Source: Folioceros fuciformis
Lineage: Eukaryota
DNA length: 55,952 nt
Assembly (NCBI GenBank): GCA_049999805.1
Contig: JBNGIO010006279.1
Location: 154,533-210,484 of the forward strand
Reading direction: 5' to 3'
Part shown: positions 17,794 through 29,800 of the stretch, piece by piece
How positions within the stretch are numbered: the stretch's first letter is position 1
How the letters are laid out: each line of letters starts with the position of its first letter
Translations under genes and position numbers: made by a program
Notes under the pieces: generated by a model
Told to the model about the DNA's origin: nothing
The model's database searches: none
Seen by the model: the letters and a program-made list of their open reading frames with translations, nothing else

Positions 17794-18398
17794 GGCGGGA
17801 AAATGCGACCTCTCCTGCCCGCACCTCGAAAGCGAGCACCGCTAAGCTACCGCTGACGGCTTCCTCAACATTCCAGATCGACCGCCCTCACCTGGAATCG
17901 CTCACAAACTTTCTCCTCGATCGTGAAGCTTTCTTGCCGCATTCCTCCGGCCGCGATTCCAGTGCCCGACTCCTATGGAGCCTTGTCAGTGTGGATGAGG
18001 AGGAGCAGAACCATGCGATCCTGGTTCCATTCTGTCCCCTTCCACACATGTTTCGTCGCTTCATATTTCCGCACTACATGGACCTCGTGGCCGGCAAGCT
18101 GCCACGTAAGTGTTCAGGGGTAACGGCATTTGCAGTTCGATTTTGTCACTGGTTTGGGAATGGGGATGGAGCGTTTGGAATGGGGCAAGTAACTTTTTTT
18201 GCTCCCTTGGTGTTTCCCAGTCGGAGTTTTTGTGTGAAGTGGACCATTCATGCTTAGACTAGCTTTTGCAAACTCCTATGAATTAGGTTTCGTTGGCATT
18301 ACGTTGGAAGAAGAGTTGGGGACAGTTAGCTCAAAGTGTGAAGTGTGACAAAAACCCTAAATGAGTGAAGTCTCTAGAGGAGCAAGTAGTGGAGAGCC

Positions 18399-20207
18399 AT
18401 GGCTATTCCCATAGATCAACTCTTGGATGATCATGCGACGCTCCGGACTTTAGGTCGCACTCCTATAGGTCGACGAAGGAGTCTGAGTGTGGATAGGTTA
18501 ATTGATCGTCCTATTATCAGCGGGTTGGATATGGGAAGGGAGCCTCCCAAGGCAATGGCGGCTGCGGAAAGAGGAGGCCGTCCTCCTGCTAGCATTGATG
18601 AATCTGAAAGAGTGAAGGTTACCGTGCGATTGAGGCCGCCACCTGCTATAGACAACAACCAAGACGATGGTGCACCTTTCATTTTTCTTGATACAGAAAA
18701 TAACACTGTCATCCTCCGTAGGAGAGGTAGTTTCACGGATTTCACAGAGTTCAAATTCGATGCCGTGCTACCACAAACTTGTCAGCAAATGGATGTGTAC
18801 AACGTAGCTGCAAAGGCTGTTGTTATGGATGTTTTGGATGGTTACAACGGCACCATTATGGCTTATGGACAGACAGGAGCTGGTAAGACATATACCTTGT
18901 TCGACAGTCATCACAATCTTGGAGGCTCTCAAATTGATGAAGGTATAATTCCGCGATCAGCAGCAGAAATTTTTGACAGGGCAAAACATGATAAGGATCA
19001 TGAGTACCATGTCTCTATGTCATATATTCAAATATACATGGAACAAATTCAAGACCTACTGAGACCAGAAAGTTGTAACATGCAAATCCGAGAAGGTGAG
19101 AGTGGTGTATATGTATCTGGAGTTGAGGAGGTTCAGGTCAAATCAGTGGATGACTGCATGAAGCTCTTGATGCTTGGTGATCGCAATAGAAATTTTGCTT
19201 TCACAAAGCTCAATGCGCATTCGTCCAGAAGTCATGCAATTGCCATGATCACTGTGGAAAAGAAGGCCTTGAATACGAAACAAAAAAAGGTTACTGATAG
19301 AAGAAGAAGAAGTTCCATTGCATTTCTAGAAAGTGAGAAGATTTTAGTAGGAAAGTTGCATCTTGTGGATTTAGCAGGTTCAGAAAGGTTAAAGAAGAGT
19401 GGTTCTGAGGGTCAAAGAGCATCAGAAGCTATGAGCGTGAATCTATCTTTAACTGTGCTAGGAAAATGTATAAGTGCAAGAGCAGATCCAACTAAGACAC
19501 ATGTTCCATTTCGTGATTCTAAACTTACTCGTCTTCTTCAAGAATCTCTAGGAGGCAATGCTAAAACTTCATTAATAATCAATCTTGCTCCGTCTAGTGA
19601 GTATCTACAAGAATCATTGTCTTCATTAACCTTTGGGTCCAGGGCTATGAAAGTATCCACGAGAGCAATTGTAAATGTGGAGGAAGAGTTTAGAGTTATC
19701 ACTAGAAACTTGCAAGAAGCCTTAAATCTTCAAGACGAGAGATTGCAATCTCTCGAGGCTGCAGTACTTTCCAAGGATGAAGAACTCTTGGAAGCACGAA
19801 AAAGTTTAGAGTTCCAAACAAAACAAGTTGAGAAGCTTAAGGAACAACAAAAAGAACACTCATTTCACAGCCAATATCAAGACAACTTAGAGGACACTGA
19901 TTGGAAGACAGCCATGGATGAAGCTAATTCAGCAGCTACAAACAGTTTAAGAAAAAGAATAGGCATTCTACAGGATGAACTAAAAAAGCTAAAAGGCTTA
20001 AGTGGTGGTCCAAATGTCATGAACAACACATTAGCCAGAGATTATGCGGCTCGGATCATCCAAAAGGCTTATAGAAGGAGATACGCAATCCATTTACAAG
20101 AAGAGAAGAAAAAAATGGAAGCAATTGCAAGCTATCAATTAATGGCAAATTCAGCTACTAGAGTGCTAAAAGCCATGAGAGTTCTTGACAATTACTTCAC
20201 TAGATGA
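18399..20207 (+). CDS. Intronless kinesin motor protein, ARK-like motor without armadillo repeats, with coiled coil and IQ-like motif (602 aa)
   Basis: RVKVTVRLRP; P-loop GQTGAGKT; switch I NAHSSRSH; switch II LVDLAGSER; HVPFRDSKLTRLLQESLGG; coiled coil; AARIIQKAYRR near the C-terminus. Confidence 0.93.
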   Translation: MAIPIDQLLDDHATLRTLGRTPIGRRRSLSVDRLIDRPIISGLDMGREPPKAMAAAERGGRPPASIDESERVKVTVRLRPPPAIDNNQDDGAPFIFLDTENNTVILRRRGSFTDFTEFKFDAVLPQTCQQMDVYNVAAKAVVMDVLDGYNGTIMAYGQTGAGKTYTLFDSHHNLGGSQIDEGIIPRSAAEIFDRAKHDKDHEYHVSMSYIQIYMEQIQDLLRPESCNMQIREGESGVYVSGVEEVQVKSVDDCMKLLMLGDRNRNFAFTKLNAHSSRSHAIAMITVEKKALNTKQKKVTDRRRRSSIAFLESEKILVGKLHLVDLAGSERLKKSGSEGQRASEAMSVNLSLTVLGKCISARADPTKTHVPFRDSKLTRLLQESLGGNAKTSLIINLAPSSEYLQESLSSLTFGSRAMKVSTRAIVNVEEEFRVITRNLQEALNLQDERLQSLEAAVLSKDEELLEARKSLEFQTKQVEKLKEQQKEHSFHSQYQDNLEDTDWKTAMDEANSAATNSLRKRIGILQDELKKLKGLSGGPNVMNNTLARDYAARIIQKAYRRRYAIHLQEEKKKMEAIASYQLMANSATRVLKAMRVLDNYFTR

Positions 20208-21229
20208 TGTGTTAAGTGTGTTTAACACAAATGCTAATAGGCAAGGAAAGAGTTTCTTCGATTGGGATGACCCAACAATGTTTTCTTATGCTTGCAATCA
20301 AGCTGAAGCACAAGCACTTCTGAATCACTGCATTCGTCTCATTGCAAGGGAGGGATTGATGAATTTGGTGAGAACATTAAATTGTGAAGAACCATATACT
20401 CTTAAGATAAACACATGGTCCAACCCAATTTTTGCTACAAAGTGAAGAACAAGGCAACTCACAAATCTTGAGATATCACAATGTAGGCTAAGTCTATTGA
20501 TGATTCATTCACATGCATTTTTCTCAAAATTTATGCAGCAAAGGCGTTATTATCATAAAAGGAGCAATTGAAAATATAAGGTAGATATTTTAAAAATATG
20601 ATTGCTAATACATTTTGATGTGTTCAAAATTATTTTTAATTTTAGGACGTTTTTTGCAGATACAATTTTCAAAATATCACAATATAAGCATCACTAGTGA
20701 TAAAACATAATTCAACTAGAGCTAAATTTTAATAGCACACCAAGGAAATTAATAATCTTCACCTAAGTATTTTATTCTCTTGGTAAGTTAAAAGATATTT
20801 AATATGATATACATATTTTTTTATAAATAATTAAACAATTATTTTTTGCATACCAGGAAATAAATATCATTCATGATGTTTTCTTCATGAAGCCAAATCA
20901 AAGAAGAGAAAAAAAAACACTAGGTAGATAGGGATTCTATAAAATAAAAATAGGTATTCTTCTGAAAGTAAAAGAAAATTCAATAATTTTCAATGTTTTT
21001 TAAAAAGAGAGAAAATAAATCAAAGTATATGTCTAATTGGCCTACATGGGCATGTGTATGTGTATTACAGTTTTAGAGTTGTGGAAGTTTAATACTCGTA
21101 TCCCATTTTTTTGTTGCTGTTTTCCTTGGGGGGCTTATTTTTGTATGCCATTCTTGCTGATGTTTTCCTTCGAGCCTGTAATCCATCCATTTCGTGTTGC
21201 TGCTTTCCTCCGAACATCTCTTCTATTCG

Positions 21230-21455
21230 ATGACTCGGATAGGTACTACATTCTTCTACGCTAGAGACTCTTGGAGCAACAAAATCAAGAGTACGCCCCA
21301 TGCGGGGACTCTATTAGGTACTACATTCTTCCAGGCCGGAAACTCTCATAGCAACGAAATCACACTACGCCCGATCCACGAGTATATAACGTACCTTCGC
21401 GCTGAAGATTCTCGGAGCAGAAAAATAGCACTCTGCTCAAGCCCGATCCATGTTG
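21230..21455. repeat. Degenerate ~75-bp tandem repeat, about 3 copies
   Basis: Recurrent gactc...taggtactacattcttc...actct...agcaac.aaatca...tacgccc and gcccgatcca blocks at ~75-bp spacing. Confidence 0.6.
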
Positions 21456-22119
21456 AAGAGTAGCAGGCTCGATCACATCTGTGCCCGATAAGGCCAATCC
21501 TTTCTTATTAGTCTTCTTGTGGGTACTCTAGTGTTTGTTTGATGTGGTCCATTGTAGAAGTTTGCCCCCTCTTCCTCTTCTCTCGTCCTCTTGTCCCCAG
21601 TCCACTTGGATTCCACCAAATGGACTCCACCATCTATAATCTGGAGCGTCAAGGTCAGCACACCCTCTTTTCCCAATGAACGAACTTGCACCCGCCAATA
21701 TCCAGGCTTCTTTCTTTAGGCAATTAGTGCATTAGTCACATTGAGTGACGATCATAGCTTTGCGTGAATTTCTATAGAAACACAACCACTTGCAGCCTCG
21801 AGGATAATGGAGGAAGATTTACAAATACTGCGAATACAGCTCTAGCGACAAAGGTTGCGGCATGTTTATACAGAGATGGCAAGAGTGGTGTTGTTTCTTA
21901 TTTGCAGCCTCCTTGTGATGGGATCATGGAAACTTGATGAGCTTGTCCATAGGTTCCACTTGCGGGTGTGCCTTGTGACTCTGGAATTGTAGTTACTTTG
22001 CGCAGTTCAATTTGATGCCTCTGAATGTGTGCTTTGACAAGGGAGCAGGAGCACTGGGTTTAGGGTTGATTGTGCTACGCTGCCAGAGTCCAGAAGCTCA
22101 GGGACTTCGAGTTCCAACA

Positions 22120-22977
22120 ATGGCAGCAGTGTCTCTGACTGTGTGCTGTGCAGGAGTTGATCAATTGCGAGCATCCTCACGGACTTGCAAGCCCTGTGCC
22201 TCCGTCTGTCTGAGATGGAAAAGGGAACAGGTGGCACCGCGATGCAGTGATGCAGGTCCTGTGACTAGGGGCGGGGAAATCCAGCGCAGAGTGCTTTCCA
22301 ACGAGGGCAGACAGAAGCTGAATTCGGCTTCAGACCGGGAGTTTTACAGCTTCCCTAGATTTGTCAAGCATGTGGACGACGCCTTCCTAGCTTCCCTCAC
22401 ACAGCTCTACAGGGAGAGGGTGCCGGAGGGAGCTGAGGTGCTAGATCTGATGAGCTCCTGGGTGAGCCATCTTCCTCCTGAGAGACGCTTCAAGCGAGTC
22501 GTCGGCCATGGCCTCAACGGCGCGGAGCTTGCTCGCAACCCCAGCCTCGACCATTTCTTCATCAATGACCTGAACCAGGCGCAGGAGTTGGCTGCGGCTG
22601 ATGGTAGCTTCGACGCAGTGCTGTGCGCTGTGAGCGTGCAGTACCTCCAGCAACCTGAGAAAGTGTTTGCAGAAATCTACCGGGTTCTGCGACCCGGCGG
22701 AGTGTGCGTCGTGAGCTTCAGCAATCGCATGTTCTACGATAAGGCAGTGGCAGCTTGGCGGGAGGGCTCTGCGTACAGCCGGGTGCAGCTGGTGGTGCAG
22801 TACTTCCAGTGCGTTGCCGGGTTCACACAGGCAGAGGTGGTGCGCAAGCTCCCCCAGCCTCTCTCCGACGAGAATGAGGGCTGGTTGGCGGGACTGAGGC
22901 GATTCCTGCAGGGTGTGGCAGCCGGCAGAGACCCCTTCTATACTGTTGTTGCTTATCGCAATTTCAAGCCGATGTAA
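22120..22977 (+). CDS. Class I SAM-dependent methyltransferase (Methyltransf_11-like), probably plastid-targeted, intronless
   Basis: DREFYSFPRFVKHVDD; VLDLMSSWVSHLP; GHGLNGAEL; FDAVLCAVSVQYL; RVLRPGG; SFSNRMF. The N-terminus from ATG 22120 looks like a transit peptide. Confidence 0.88.
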   Translation: MAAVSLTVCCAGVDQLRASSRTCKPCASVCLRWKREQVAPRCSDAGPVTRGGEIQRRVLSNEGRQKLNSASDREFYSFPRFVKHVDDAFLASLTQLYRERVPEGAEVLDLMSSWVSHLPPERRFKRVVGHGLNGAELARNPSLDHFFINDLNQAQELAAADGSFDAVLCAVSVQYLQQPEKVFAEIYRVLRPGGVCVVSFSNRMFYDKAVAAWREGSAYSRVQLVVQYFQCVAGFTQAEVVRKLPQPLSDENEGWLAGLRRFLQGVAAGRDPFYTVVAYRNFKPM

Positions 22978-23829
22978 CTGTCTATATCTGTCACGTTTCA
23001 TGAAGAAGACGGTATGGTTTATTGCAATGTTGGTCTTCAGCAAGCAACAGTGATGGCGACCAGTCTGTCTGATTCCTGCAAATTCGTGTCCTCGGCAGGT
23101 ATCCTCATACACGTCATGACACTTAACGACAAGTACTGTATGATTTGTTGCGATGTTCTGTTCTCTATGAAGCAACAGCGAAGCGGAAAAGTTCGTCTGA
23201 CCCTGCGATTTCCTGTGCTTTGCAGGAAGCATCACGTTTAGTGTAAGACTAATGCTGACCGTAGTCAAGATCCATGAATGTCTTAGGACGACCATGGCAT
23301 ATGGCCAGCACGAGGCAGAGCAAGAGCATCCCGCCATCTGCTTCCAGGTCATCAAACTTCATAGTGTGAAAGTATCAAATCTGCAAGGACTGAGGCTCCC
23401 AAACTTCCCCAAGGATATCGACGCATGCTCAACGTTGGTCGGGCTGTGCAGGGGATAATTCAACCTTCAACAATTCTGAATACAATTGCAAAGGGGCCGT
23501 GCACATGGCTGCCTGCCCTTCTTCTCGGCTTCGGATTTTGGGATTGGCCACGCTTTCCTTTGCTTCACCTTCACCTCCTTGGCAAGGTTAGCTCTGATGC
23601 TTCAGATGGCGAGGTTGCTTTGACTTCCTTCAGCTTCGTTTTGGCCCGGCCCTGGAGGCTTTGAGGCTCCAGGTGGTGAGGTCCAAGCTGTGAAAGCTGG
23701 TTGCTTACACGTCCCGACGGCATTGCCGGGGCTCATCCATCACCTTGAGCAGTTACCCCGCTGCTGCACAGAGGTCGGCTTCCCGTGGAGGAGACTGCGT
23801 ATTAGCTGCCTCGCCATAACCAGGGTAAA

Positions 23830-26800
23830 TCACGATTCAATAAGGGATGCCACATGCGGCCTGAGGCTGTGCGCCAGTCGTTCAAAGCTCCTTGCAAGCT
23901 GTACGTCGTCCAGGCTGAGCGAGAATGTGCCATTTCCAGCCGCCGCCATGGCCTGCAAGGTTTGCATATCGGTTCGACTTCCAAACAGGAGGGTGTGGAC
24001 CATCAGACGTGGGTGGTCTTTCATCATTTGCTGAACGGCTTCTATCGGGTTGACACTGCGGTTTCCGTTGCGACCGTCGCTGAAGAAGATGATGACAGGT
24101 GCAGAATTGGCTTCCCTTCTTCGTCCGAGGACTGTGCAATTCAGTACGTCGCTTGCTCCAAGTAGTCCGCTGGCGTAGTTGGTGCCGTATCTTGGAATTT
24201 TCTGCAGGAGAAGCTGGAGGAGAGTTTCTGGTTTGTTTTCACTTGTCTGCGCCACTATATCTGTATTGTCATCAAAGAGTACGATGGATACGATGTCCTG
24301 GTCGGCTCCTTTCTTGTAGGCTGCCCTCCTCCTCGTCTGCAGGAAGTTGTAAATGGCCTCAAAAACAGCTCCCAGCCTGTTGCAGTGAGTGGTTTCCAAC
24401 AGCCTGAGGGTGGGGAAAATGTCGCATCTTCCCATGGACCTGGATTTGTCTATCACAAAGATGATATGCTGGACGCAGCTTGCGGCATGCTTGCAGTCGA
24501 ACACATGACCGTCTTCTGTAACATATCCTGAGGTCAGGGCACCTTTGGCCACAGGGAGATGCCACATCGGCTGACTGCAGAAAGACCTGCCGTCAGAAGT
24601 ATCCGGGTGTTCCTCCGAGCGGCAATAGTGGTTACAGAGTTCAAATTCCAGGCGATGCTTCTCGGGGCAGGGATCCTTGAAGCCCAATTCCTCCCAATAG
24701 GCCTGGTGTGTCAACTCATCTTTGGCGACGTGAAAGTCAGGGCCGTACGGCGATCTTTCATGCCTGGCGCCTTTGTACTGCCTTTGACATGTTCCAAATG
24801 CATTGGGCTCGCATTTGGCAAGATGGATATGACCCCTGCCCTGTTTCTCGCAGACAAGCATGCACAGCTCGGCTACTCCCGAGTCACCCCATGCGTATTG
24901 ACGACCGCTCAGCTCGATCTCCTCCTTTTCCGACGCAAACATAACGTTCCTCATATTGCCATGCGTGGTATCGTGTTTGCCTCGATGCCCGATTTCTAAA
25001 TGGCACAGGTACCCACATGCTTTACACCTCTCCTCACAGCCGTGTGGCACATTCAGGTTGGTGCTGTGACAGTGAGGCCCTTCATGCTGCTCCTCCCCTG
25101 CCGGAATGGGGAAGCAGCACGTCTTCCTCACACCATGCTGCTCGGATACCTGCTCAATCTCAAAACAACTCCTCTTGCCATTGAAGGTTTGGTTATGGAT
25201 CACTTCGGTATGTATATTACACCATCCTCGTGCTGCACACGGGGCGTTACATGCGTGTTCTTGGTCACACAGATGTTTGTCGGATTCCAGCGCGTGAAAG
25301 TGATCGGATGATCCGCATGTTCTGGTACACCCTTCCATTGAACAGGTGATGGGACACATCTTCTCGCGGCAATGATGCCGATTGTGGTCCGAGTCCAGAG
25401 CAATATCGCACACATTCACACAATACGGCAAAGAACATTTCTCTCCACACAGGTGGTGGCTGGTGTTACATCTGTGCTCTCCAACATGATCTGGCTTCAA
25501 GGCACAAGCGTGGGCGCAGTTCTGAGACTGCCCCTTGAACCTGCATTCCATCCCACAGCAATGGGTCCTGATTTTGCAGTCATGGGCGCCGTCGTGCCCG
25601 CTCGGATGCGTGCATGGCTTCTGCTCCTCGCATCCCTCTTGGATGCAGTATGTACAGGACTTGGCACATACATGGCTTCCCATACAGCTGTGTCCGCCGA
25701 AATGCGCCTTCCCCAGAACGCAATAAAGGAGGCAGTCCTTGCATTTGCAGCTGCAGAGAGTCAGGGATTGCTTCAGCCCAGCGAGCGTGGAGGCGGCTTC
25801 GAGGCGCAGGTTCTGGACATCGCTATTCAGTGCGAATTCTGCCGTGTTGCAAGCCAGCCAGTCGAGAACTCTACTGCGGCGTCTGTTTGCCAGTAATAGT
25901 AGAAAATTGTTGAAGCGTTGGTGCCACTCCTCGTTCCTCTCCCCAGACCTCTCCCAAACGGTCTCGAACTCTGGTCTCAGAGTCTGGATTGTGCTGCCAG
26001 AGTGCGCTTGCTGGTCAGAATCCGTGAAGAGCTCCAGGCCTGCATCAGGGATGTCGAATATGTGGCCATCGATGTTGACAGGCATGTCCGGCACCGCCTC
26101 GTCTGTGTCGAGGTTGGTCAGAGGAATGTCCTTCGACAGAGTTCCAAGGTTGATAGCTGTTCTGACGTGTTTTCTCAGAAGATCCAGTTTCAGGGCTTCT
26201 CGCTTTACATCAGATGGAGACCAGTCCCTGGTGCTGATTTGAGCTGTGATAAGCTTTAAGTCCGCGGAGAAGTGTCTGCCGCTAGGAAAACCGGTTTGCA
26301 GGTCTTCCACCTCCTCTGCAATTTCCTGCACGTTTTCGTGGTACTCGCTTCTCTGAATTGGGGACATGGCAGCAACCACGAGACCGCTTCCATACATTTT
26401 TGTAAGAAAGCTTTCCTCAGCCTTTCCTTGTAACAGATCTATCTTTTGGATGAACTCATCTTTCAGCTCATCTACATCTGACAACACCACATCTTTGATG
26501 GCAATGTAAAATACCCCTTTGAAAAATCTAGTGTCTGCCTTCACAAGGCTCACAGCCTTCTGGAAGCGCTGAAACAGCGCCTCCGTATCTTTATCGAGAT
26601 TGAAATCCTGCGGGAGGTGGAAACGTTTTCAGTCCACAGAGTGAAGAAGTATGCACGATAGTCAGCCACGAACGCAGAGCTCTGCTTCAGGGCCTCATAC
26701 CTTTTTGTTGAAGATGGTGATGTTGCTGACGGCAGCATTCAGGACAGACAGTAAGACGTCCTCTTGGTCACTCCTTTCGAAGCTGCCTAATCCTTCAAAA

Positions 26801-29800
26801 TCCAGCAGTACATACAGGCAGCCCGGAGAGGGCCGCATTGTCATCCATATGCCATCGGTGCAACGTCCTCCAGCCACGTCCAGTATCGACCCACTGAGGT
26901 GATTCAGCAGGTAAGATTTGCCGCTACTCTGCTTGCCCATGGATGATATGACCTTCACGGGCTGTCTCCAGTTTTCGAGGACAGAATCATACAGGCCGAA
27001 ACGGAGGCTGTTGGATAGGGACACAGCATCATCGTAGTCTTGATTCGACGACATTTGCAGGCCGTCAATCAAGGGAGTGAGTGTGTTGTTTTCTGCCCTT
27101 GCTATTTGGATGGGCACCAAACAAATCAGCAGACGTATCCAGTCTCCCATGACCATGAGGTTCCTAGGTCCCAAGCTGTCCTTCAGCTCATTTCCAGCAA
27201 CATAGTGGGCTACTGTGTCCGAAGCCACAGAAAATTTCAGCTTGGAAAAGCTCTTGCCCTCCTCAGTCTCGAGCCTGTTCATCAAGGACGTCACACATAC
27301 CTCACACTTTTTCCGAAGCCCATCTGTCTCCGATTCAGGTCCGTCGCCTCCCAACACCACATGCAGGTGGAAGTCTCTGACCCTTCCCACAAGTGGAGGG
27401 CTGGTTGAGTACTTGTCAAATATCTGGTATACATATTCAAGCTCTGGGCAGGTTGCTTGAATCGCAACAGGCGTTTCCGGCTCTCTTGATCGGACCTTTC
27501 CCACTTTCTGCAACCGACGAACTTCCGCTGTCACACTGATCTTCATGATGTGCGACTGCAGTCCTTTGGCTGGATCTGACGTATCAAGCAAAATAAGGTG
27601 TAGCTGAGCACCAAATGCAACGACAGCGGCATCTATTCTGGCAGTGCCCAGCATAGAGTGCTCAAGCGGGATGCTGTTCAAGTTCGCCATGCTGTCGTCC
27701 AGAAAGTAGACATCCAAACTAGAAACGTCTTCAGGTCCCGCAGCATCAGCATCCAGGCTACCAGGTCCGTGGAAGACGAGAAGGCATGATCCATCCAGCG
27801 AGACCTTGGCAAGTGCAAATGGACGTCGAAGGCAAATGGCTCTGGGTCTGATCACGGTAGCACCTTCGAACTCCAAGACTCGCACTTTCAGTGCATCATC
27901 TATGAGAATAAGGGCTCTCTTGTCCGGAATGAACATCAAAGCAGTGAGATTCGTGCTTCCGGTGTACTCAGAAAGTAGCAAATCATGGTCCACCCAGTGA
28001 AGCTTTCGATAGGAGTCACAGAATCTGAAGATGCTGATCTTACTCGAAGTCTTGTCATACAGAGCCAAACATTCCAGGCATTCATCGTAAGCTACCAGGT
28101 CATAGCCTCTTTTGAATGATTTGACCAGGTTGGCAGGTGTGATCTCAGAACCCATCTTCCTGGTTACATAGACGCTCACAGTAGAATCGTTTTTGTCTTT
28201 GACCACCACCAGGACTTCACCTGTTTTGATGAGCACGACAAGCAGGACTGTCTCACAGCTTGCATCCAGGTTGATCAACTTGGTAGGTGGAGAACACTTA
28301 GGCACAATGACCTCGTCTTTAACAGTCAGCTTGTCAAGATCTTTCTTCATTGGGGTAAGCTCAATCACGTTCCACGTTATTCGCTCGGGCAGAGTGACCT
28401 CACAGGTGTATTCCAAAGCCAAGCTCACGAGGCCTCTCTTCTGGGCATACTTGCCGACATCAGTCTTCCTGGCTGGCGAGCAGGTTGTTACGGTGAGGCT
28501 TGGCCTTCCCGCTTGTGAGCACAGCTTCACTTTGTCAACTGTGTCCAAGAACTTTGCCTCCTCTTCATCCAGCGACTTCAGCAAAGAAGAGGTGGATTGC
28601 TGCTTCAGAAATTGCATTCTGGCTCGCAGAGATGGCAGAATGAACTTCTTCGCTGCCCTCATAAGCCTGACATTAGTATCGAACCAGGCACGCGTGTATA
28701 CAGCTCTGACGGCTTCTCGAGCTTCCACGCCGACGAAGGCGTAATGCGCTTGGGACTCAAAGGCGGTGTTTTGTAGCAGCTCACTAAGTCTCTCATCTGG
28801 GAAATGTTGATTGAAGAGGTTAAGCGCATCAGCTGAATCCAAGATTTCCTGAGCTTCTAGAACCAAGGCTTCGGACACGGCACGAGGAACGTCGTCAACA
28901 CCGGACGTTAAGTAGGCTAGCTTCTTTGATCTCTCCAAGAGGTTGGACACATCAATGTTGATGGATGCCTTGATCCATTTCACGATCCCTGAGTGCCCCA
29001 CCACCTTGAGCTGAACGACATGGCTGGAATTGTCCTCACCTCGTCTTAGATTGCACCGAAGAGACTGAGATGTAGGCACGGGACCTACTGGGCAATCTCC
29101 TTCAAGAGCGGCGACAACTACTCTGTGGCTGATGTTCTCATCTCTATTACTCAACACAAAGTCCTGACTTAGGAGGACAGGGCCTGCACGGCTTCCGTTA
29201 GCAGCTTCTACAACAAACACCTTACCCTCTGCCCATAGAGGAGGGGGACTAGCATCTACAGACTCAACAATCACTTCAGAGCCCAGAAAGACCAAAGCCG
29301 AGGGCAATTCCGTTGCATCGGGATGCTTCTCACTTCCCGCCCAGGCATCGAAAAGTTGGACACTTGCGTTGTCGAGAAAATCTGAAGCAGTGTACTCTCC
29401 CCAAGGATGTGGTCCTTGGAGAGAAGTAACGTCGCCATCGGCATTTTCTTCCCTTTTTTGTAGTGAGCTTAGCTTCAGTCCTTTTTCTTCATCAACATAG
29501 TGAACCACACGATATGCTTCCACACAGCTCACAAGAATGTCCCCAATCAGTTGTTGCTGTTCCTGTACTAGTGTGCCCACCTCACCAGCTAGGTGCTGGT
29601 CAGCAGCTCTTCTGCTATTGGCTTCTTTGAGCAGCTTGCAGTAATCTATACTTTCCGGGAGACCAGCATGTTGAAGAAACAATGACAACTCGTGCTTTGA
29701 AAGTCGGCTTATATCGACGTTGTTATTGGTCAGCCAGTCCCTCACTACCTCACGCAGCTTCTCTGTTTTGACAGTCATGGAGGCAATACGATGAATCTGT

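Noticed and set aside
22441-23355. 304-aa minus-strand ORF overlapping the methyltransferase
   Set aside because: Antisense shadow of a GC-rich CDS with no recognisable domain.
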